Origin: a virus
Taxonomy: Duplodnaviria; Caudoviricetes
Virus record (IMG/VR): IMGVR_UViG_3300033153_004671
Span: 1-38,249 of that record
DNA length: 38,249 nucleotides
Reading direction: 5' to 3' (one strand)
This document shows positions 33,571 to 38,249 of the stretch, piece after piece. How positions within the stretch are numbered: the first letter of the stretch is position 1; each line of letters begins with the position of its first letter. The translations under genes were made by a program, and so were the position numbers. Below the pieces are notes generated by a model. It saw nothing but the letters and a program-made list of their open reading frames with translations, made no database searches and was not told the DNA's origin.

Positions 33571-34278
33571 ATGCCATTATTTCAAATCAAACACAAAATT
33601 AACGAATCAATACTTTTCGAGGGTAAATTTAAAAATCTAAAATTTTGTGTCGAAGCTGCTGTAAAAGTTAAAGCGAACCTGCGCTCTGCGAACCTGCGCT
33701 CTGCGGACCTGGGCTCTGCGGACCTGGGCTATGCGAACCTGGGCTATGCGAACCTGGGCTCTGCGGACCTGGGCTCTGCGGACCTGGGCTATGCGAACCT
33801 GGGCTATGCGGACCTGGGCTCTGCGGACCTGCGCTCTGCGAACCTGCGCTATGCGAACCTGGGCTATGCGAACCTGCGCTCTGCGGACCTGCGCTCTGCG
33901 AACCTGCGCTCTGCGGACCTGGGCTATGCGAACCTGGGCTATGCGGACCTGGGCTCTGCGGACCTGGGCTCTGCGGACCTGCGCTCTGCGAACCTGCGCT
34001 CTGCGGACCTGGGCTCTGCGAACCTGCGCTATGCGGACCTGGGCTCTGCGGACCTGGGCTCTGCGAAAGGGATCATAGCAATTAAATTTTTTGGGTTTTC
34101 AATATATGTTCAATTGAAAAAAACAAAAATTGGCTGCGAATACAAAGATAATGATGAATGGCTTGCCATGGATATCGAAGAGGCTGTTTCACTCGGTATT
34201 AAAAAAGAACATTTTGAATTGTATAAAAAATTCGGAGAGCTCGGAATTAAGGTTTTAAAATCTCAAGAAAAGGAGTGA
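33571..34278 (+). CDS. Pentapeptide repeat protein
   Basis: 26 A[N/D]L[R/G][S/Y] repeats between a FQIKH..ILFE..VEAAVK N-cap and a KIGCE..EW C-cap; AAGGAG RBS. Confidence 0.92.
   Translation: MPLFQIKHKINESILFEGKFKNLKFCVEAAVKVKANLRSANLRSADLGSADLGYANLGYANLGSADLGSADLGYANLGYADLGSADLRSANLRYANLGYANLRSADLRSANLRSADLGYANLGYADLGSADLGSADLRSANLRSADLGSANLRYADLGSADLGSAKGIIAIKFFGFSIYVQLKKTKIGCEYKDNDEWLAMDIEEAVSLGIKKEHFELYKKFGELGIKVLKSQEKE
33673..34062 (+). repeat. 26 x 15-bp coding tandem repeat GCG[A/G]ACCTG[C/G]GCT[C/A]T
   Basis: Directly visible; 390 bp. Confidence 0.95.
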
Positions 34279-34281
34279 CTC

Positions 34282-34467
34282 ATGAGATCTAAATTATGGG
34301 ATCTGAGATTCAATCAAGGCACGACTATTTTTCATGGCACGATAAACGAGGCGGTCAAATTTGGATGGGGGATACTGTCACGTATGCCAAGGCATCAACT
34401 TTTGAAAGAAAGTCTCACGATAACGGAAAGGCGGGAAGAATGGAGCGCATTACAGTTACACCGATAA
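34282..34467 (+). CDS. Hypothetical protein (61 aa)
   Basis: AAGGAG RBS; starts 3 nt after the upstream stop. Confidence 0.6.
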   Translation: MRSKLWDLRFNQGTTIFHGTINEAVKFGWGILSRMPRHQLLKESLTITERREEWSALQLHR

Positions 34468-34577
34468 CTCAAAGTATTTTACAGATAATGGCGCGGAATA
34501 TGAACATGACGGTTGCCGAGGTTGTCCAGATTTTAATTAAGCATTATTTCAAGCCCTCGGCAACCGATCAAAATTAA
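34440..34577 (+). CDS. Small ribbon-helix-helix-like protein (45 aa)
   Basis: MERITVTPITQSILQIMARNMNMTVAEVVQILIKHY fits a strand-helix-helix pattern; start placed at ATG 34440. Confidence 0.5.
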   Translation: MERITVTPITQSILQIMARNMNMTVAEVVQILIKHYFKPSATDQN

Positions 34578-35332
34578 TTAACTTTCTTAGGCGGCACCGG
34601 TATTCTGTAGACAATATTGGCACCTGAGAATTGATTCGGTTTGAAATAGTTGAGCGTCTTTTCGAGCCAGTCAATTAGGGCGTCAATTTTTTCTAACGCA
34701 ACCGGATGCACATCATCAGTCAACACCTTCGGCAGACGCTCCTTTAAATCCTCAATCATCTCCGGCCCGGCTCCGAGTTCCTCTTGAAGTGATGTTAATT
34801 CAATTTGATATTCATTTTTCCGTCCAAACTCAGCAAAATCAAACGGTGAAAAAAAATGTTTATCCGCCAGACTCATCTTTGCATCAAACAGAAGTTGCAG
34901 CGTCATCCAGACATAGCCGCGCGGATTGCAGAATGCCGGGCTTGATGTGATAACATAGCTTATTTTGTCGGCTTTCAGATTCTCCTTAATGATCTTCTCC
35001 AGAAACTCCCACGGTTTTTCGATGTGTTCAAGTACGCCCTGCATGACGATTACGTCGTATCGATTTGCCCCGGCCACATCACAGCAATAAAATTGATCGG
35101 CCAGCCTCGGAAACTTTTCCTTTGCGGTCTTAATAGCTGTCTTGCTACGATCAATGGCCGTAACCTTAGCCCCGGCGTAATCCAGCATAGAAGCCAAATC
35201 ACCGGTACCGCATCCGATTTCCAGCACGTCAAGGCCTTTCCAGCTCATCAGCATTGCTATGATACCGACGCTCTCAACATAATTATTTATCCACGGCCTG
35301 TTGGTTTCCTTAACTTTTTTTTGTTTGGTCAT
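34574..35332 (-). CDS. Class I SAM-dependent methyltransferase
   Basis: VLEIGCGTG, VTAIDRS and YDVIVMQGVLEHIEKP. It resembles small-molecule/glycan methyltransferases and lacks the DPPY/NPPY or PCQ DNA-MTase motifs. Confidence 0.88.
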   Translation of the reverse strand: MTKQKKVKETNRPWINNYVESVGIIAMLMSWKGLDVLEIGCGTGDLASMLDYAGAKVTAIDRSKTAIKTAKEKFPRLADQFYCCDVAGANRYDVIVMQGVLEHIEKPWEFLEKIIKENLKADKISYVITSSPAFCNPRGYVWMTLQLLFDAKMSLADKHFFSPFDFAEFGRKNEYQIELTSLQEELGAGPEMIEDLKERLPKVLTDDVHPVALEKIDALIDWLEKTLNYFKPNQFSGANIVYRIPVPPKKVN

Positions 35333-35574
35333 TTCTTTTTCTCCTTTTCGCCTATTTTTTTTAATTTTTCGTCACCATCAATTTTAATGAAATCAATTCT
35401 AGGTGTCTTTCCCAAAAGTTTACTATACTCTATTTCAAGTTTCACTGTGGATAATATTTTTCCAGTAGCATTTGTAACAGCATTAACATTGGCCGGAGTT
35501 GTTTTTCCTTTCCGTAACTTGTCAATTTCTTCCGCTAAAATCTCTCTAAGGGTATTTATATTCATTTTTTTCAT
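35329..35574 (-). CDS. Hypothetical phage protein (81 aa)
   Basis: LREILAEEIDKLRKG...ANVNAVTNATGKILSTVKLEIEY; ATGA-coupled at both ends. Confidence 0.75.
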   Translation of the reverse strand: MKKMNINTLREILAEEIDKLRKGKTTPANVNAVTNATGKILSTVKLEIEYSKLLGKTPRIDFIKIDGDEKLKKIGEKEKKK

Positions 35575-36122
35575 GACCTTTTTTCCTTTCTTAGTCTTAT
35601 TAATTCTAAATGTAATTTTTTTAATTGAACAACCCACGAAGGCAAATCACCAAAATTAATATTTTTACTACTACTAGTTATAACCATTTTTACATAATTA
35701 TCAGATAAATTTTGTCGCTCTAATCTTCTTCGGTTATTTGCCTTAAACCATTTCAATAAATCAAAAATTTCATTCACTCTTTCTTCGTGCCTTTTCTTCC
35801 GATCAAAAAATTTTTGATTTTCTAAAACGCAAGCCCTACAAACCCCATTCCGCCGCTCTTTACACTCACCCCCTTTCAATGTATTATAATATGTATCGAA
35901 TAAAAATAAGTCCTTTTTTTCACCACATCTAAAACATTTCTTTTTTTTGTTTAACTTAAAAACATACTCCCCACGATTTAATTTAACCCTAATACCAGAA
36001 GCTATCTTTTTAGCGGCACACTTGTCACCGATTTTTCTTGATTCCCTTTGATTTTTATAAGCTATAAAAACCCACCAAGGATTATGTGCACCCTTTAGTT
36101 TTTGTCTAACAACCACCCCCAT
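35571..36122 (-). CDS. Protein with integrase-arm-like N-domain, Zn finger and LSDNYV C-terminal motif
   Basis: MGVVVRQKLKG..PWWVFIAYKNQRESRKIGDK..AKKIA; CFRC...CRAC; start ATG 36122 behind AGGAAGG. Confidence 0.7.
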   Translation of the reverse strand: MGVVVRQKLKGAHNPWWVFIAYKNQRESRKIGDKCAAKKIASGIRVKLNRGEYVFKLNKKKKCFRCGEKKDLFLFDTYYNTLKGGECKERRNGVCRACVLENQKFFDRKKRHEERVNEIFDLLKWFKANNRRRLERQNLSDNYVKMVITSSSKNINFGDLPSWVVQLKKLHLELIRLRKEKRS

Positions 36123-36123
36123 T

Positions 36124-36429
36124 TTAATACCTTCCTTTCCTCTTTCGTTTTTTTTGATTAATAGGCTCAAACCTGTACGATTTACCATCATGCAGAGTTA
36201 TAACGAGCCCGTTTGATATTACGATAATCCAATTATAGTATTTGATATAATTTGCATCCTGTAGCCTATGATTGATCAACTGGGAAACTCGGAACTTTTT
36301 TTTAATCTTGACCGGCTTACCGCCATCAATTGCCCGCTTGATAAAATCAATCGCCGCCTGTTCGGTAAAACAGCTTGTCCGCTGCATAACTCTCTTAATG
36401 GCGTGTTGAGTGATACGGTAGCTTATCAT
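36124..36429 (-). CDS. DUF4258/RelE-like (BECR fold) putative RNase-like protein
   Basis: ITQHAIKRVMQR ... IIVISNGLVITL. Confidence 0.55.
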   Translation of the reverse strand: MISYRITQHAIKRVMQRTSCFTEQAAIDFIKRAIDGGKPVKIKKKFRVSQLINHRLQDANYIKYYNWIIVISNGLVITLHDGKSYRFEPINQKKRKRKGRY

Positions 36430-36641
36430 TTCATGTCAGCAAATATTTTATCTAAAGTTTTCTCAGTTTGGATCTTACCTTTGCCGAAATTATCCCGCTC
36501 TTTATGCTTTGAAGATTCTGGAATTTTTGTAACATATCCCTTGCAATTAAAACATATATTGCGCGTAACTCCCCTGACCACAACTTCAGTGGTATGCGTT
36601 GGCGTTAAATTACATTTTTTGCAAGAGTATTTGTTTCCCAT
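36426..36641 (-). CDS. Zn-ribbon protein (71 aa)
   Basis: CKKC...CFNC; GGAGGT RBS before ATG 36641. Confidence 0.65.
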   Translation of the reverse strand: MGNKYSCKKCNLTPTHTTEVVVRGVTRNICFNCKGYVTKIPESSKHKERDNFGKGKIQTEKTLDKIFADMK

Positions 36642-36642
36642 A

Positions 36643-37461
36643 TCAACCTCCCGGACAGCCCCAATATTCGCATTGACTACAAAGCAAGATATCATCCCGT
36701 TTGCCAGCGATGTGCGCTTGAATCATTTTTTTTCTAACTTCTGAGTTCCATATGTCATTTAAACCATCTTGATTAACATTGCCAATCCTATGAACTCCAT
36801 CAGGATCAAACCGGACGCAGGGCGAAACGTTGCCGTACCGATCAATGGCAAGGTGGTGCAGCAAGTCCAGGCATACGCCGATTTCTGGCTTCGTGACTGA
36901 CTTCTCGTAATTCCTTGAGCCCATAGGATCGTGCAGGATGCGCGGTACGAATAGACAGTTATGTCTTTCTGCTTTTTTAACTAACCCCACAACATTTCTT
37001 AAATCCCATTTATCCGCACCAAGCGCCCTAAAAATTATCTTGGGTAAAGGAAATTCAGTTTTTTTCCATTTAAGAAAATCAACAATCACGTCTCTCTGCT
37101 GCTGATCGTCTGGTTGAATGATAGATATTACCAGCGTTTCAAGGCCGAAAACAATCTCATCTCTTTTTTCCATCAGCAGAATACCGTTAGTGTTCAAACT
37201 GCGGAAACAACCGTCAAACATTTTCAGGGCTTCCCCTAATTGCGGATAGAGAAGCGGTTCCCCGTTCCAGTGGAACTGAACCACAACTCCGGCAGGAACT
37301 TGCATTGCAATTTTTATAACCATTTCAAACGGCATGTCACCAAAGTCACATTTTTCGGGATAATCCCTTTCGAGCTTGCGGCGGCCACACATGAAGCAGC
37401 CACTTCCCGGCTTATTGCATCTTGATGTTAATTCTATATTTATTGTGCTTAATCCGTACAT
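36643..37461 (-). CDS. Radical SAM protein with SPASM/twitch domain
   Basis: IELTSRC-NKPGSG-CFMC, HWNGEPLLYP, LNTNGILL and CLDL..LAIDRYGNVSPC..IGNV..IWNS..CSQC. Confidence 0.9.
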   Translation of the reverse strand: MYGLSTINIELTSRCNKPGSGCFMCGRRKLERDYPEKCDFGDMPFEMVIKIAMQVPAGVVVQFHWNGEPLLYPQLGEALKMFDGCFRSLNTNGILLMEKRDEIVFGLETLVISIIQPDDQQQRDVIVDFLKWKKTEFPLPKIIFRALGADKWDLRNVVGLVKKAERHNCLFVPRILHDPMGSRNYEKSVTKPEIGVCLDLLHHLAIDRYGNVSPCVRFDPDGVHRIGNVNQDGLNDIWNSEVRKKMIQAHIAGKRDDILLCSQCEYWGCPGG

Positions 37462-38249
37462 TTATACCGCCCTCCATCCCCTAAAATTATTATCATTGCC
37501 CTGATAGCACTGATAAGCCGCCCGTGTTTGTTTCTCCCACTGATGATAGATGTGATGGTGTGATAGCTCGTAATTAGTTACATACAGATGCCTGTTGGCT
37601 GTCTCGTTATCCATACCCATAAAATTGACTGTGAACGTGTCCGAATTTTTATGCTTGTTTTCGTAAAAATCAGCAACGTCTTTTATGAGTCCCATTTCGA
37701 CGGCTTTATCAAACAACCCTGACCCTGGGTAGGGTGTCACCGGCCTAATAGTACGCATCTCACAGTTGTCGGAATATTTGCGGATAAACTGTTTTGCGGC
37801 CTGTAGTGTATGGATTGTATCACCATCATTGCCCCACATAAAATTCAAACCCGGTGATATACCAACATTACGGGTATCAATCACCCCGGTTTCGATCTGT
37901 TCAAAGGTTTGCTTTTTATTTATATTTTCCAGTACAACATCAGACGTAGACTCGCACCCATAATTAATATAGCTGCACCCGGAGCGCTTCATGATCTTCA
38001 GCACTTCCGGCGTGACGGTGTTTAACCGTCCGTTACATTCCCATTTTAAATTAGGGATTTTTCTTTCCTTTAACCTCAGCAGCTCCTCTGATATTTCAAT
38101 AGCCCGCGCCGGATTGATCATTAATAATTCATCGGCAAACTGGAAATGGTTTATCTGCCATTGGGAATTGAGATATTCCATTTCCTCCATGATACATTCC
38201 ACGGCGCGGGCTCTATACCCTTTATGCATCCGATAGCAGAAAGCGCACT
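37462..38249 (-). CDS. B12-binding-domain radical SAM protein, C-terminal part (joined to 1..685)
   Basis: FQFADEL, WECNGRLN, MKRSGCSYINYGCES, NFMWGNDGDT and TPYPGSGLF. The frame is open to the window end. Confidence 0.9.
   Translation of the reverse strand, partial: CAFCYRMHKGYRARAVECIMEEMEYLNSQWQINHFQFADELLMINPARAIEISEELLRLKERKIPNLKWECNGRLNTVTPEVLKIMKRSGCSYINYGCESTSDVVLENINKKQTFEQIETGVIDTRNVGISPGLNFMWGNDGDTIHTLQAAKQFIRKYSDNCEMRTIRPVTPYPGSGLFDKAVEMGLIKDVADFYENKHKNSDTFTVNFMGMDNETANRHLYVTNYELSHHHIYHQWEKQTRAAYQCYQGNDNNFRGWRAV
38136..38249. repeat. Terminal direct repeat copy 2
   Basis: Identical to bases 1-114. Confidence 0.95.

Noticed and set aside
33731-34078. ORF with MRTWA/LRTCA repeats
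   Set aside because: Shadow frame of the pentapeptide repeat array.
34574-35332. DNA methyltransferase for anti-restriction
   Set aside because: It lacks DPPY/NPPY or PCQ motifs and looks like a small-molecule or glycan methyltransferase.
35024-35659. 211-aa plus-strand ORF and the many other antisense ORFs in the track
   Set aside because: They lie antisense to well-supported genes and have no RBS or recognizable motifs.
35571-36122. Functional integrase
   Set aside because: Only an arm-like N-terminus is present; there is no R-H-R-Y catalytic domain and the protein is too short.

Overview
The window is an apparently complete, circularly permuted 38,135-bp genome of a P22-like (short-tailed) bacteriophage. 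Bases 1-114 are repeated exactly at 38136-38249, and one gene is split across that junction. There are four transcription blocks. (1) A minus-strand early/middle operon runs from 7894 down to 1 and continues from 38135 down to 34574. It carries a Cro-like HTH, a replication initiator with internal iterons and an endonuclease. Interleaved with small phage ORFs, it also carries NeuA, a class III aminotransferase, a VOC protein, NeuB, an M15 endolysin, a B12-dependent radical SAM enzyme, a SPASM/twitch radical SAM enzyme and a methyltransferase. (2) A plus-strand RecE/RecT-like block lies at 8070-10913. (3) A minus-strand virion operon (33000 down to 10917) encodes TerS, TerL, portal, two CstII/Maf-like glycosyltransferase paralogs, scaffold, coat, gp4/gp10-like tail proteins, a tail fibre, ejection proteins (the largest with an ADP-ribosyltransferase-like insert) and a tailspike. 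(4) A small plus-strand block at 33331-34577 sits behind a near-consensus sigma-54 promoter with an IHF site and an array of TGACA-N5-TGTCA palindromes. No integrase, CI-type repressor, tRNA or CRISPR array was seen. The best candidate for a new system is a phage-encoded nonulosonic (sialic-acid-like) sugar pathway whose putative transferases sit inside the head-assembly module, suggesting virion or host-surface glycosylation. Other notable points are tail proteins carrying cleavable Sec signal peptides, a host enhancer/sigma-54 switch overlapping the late promoter, and a degenerate attC-like hairpin. All family assignments are from motif recognition by eye, not from database searches.
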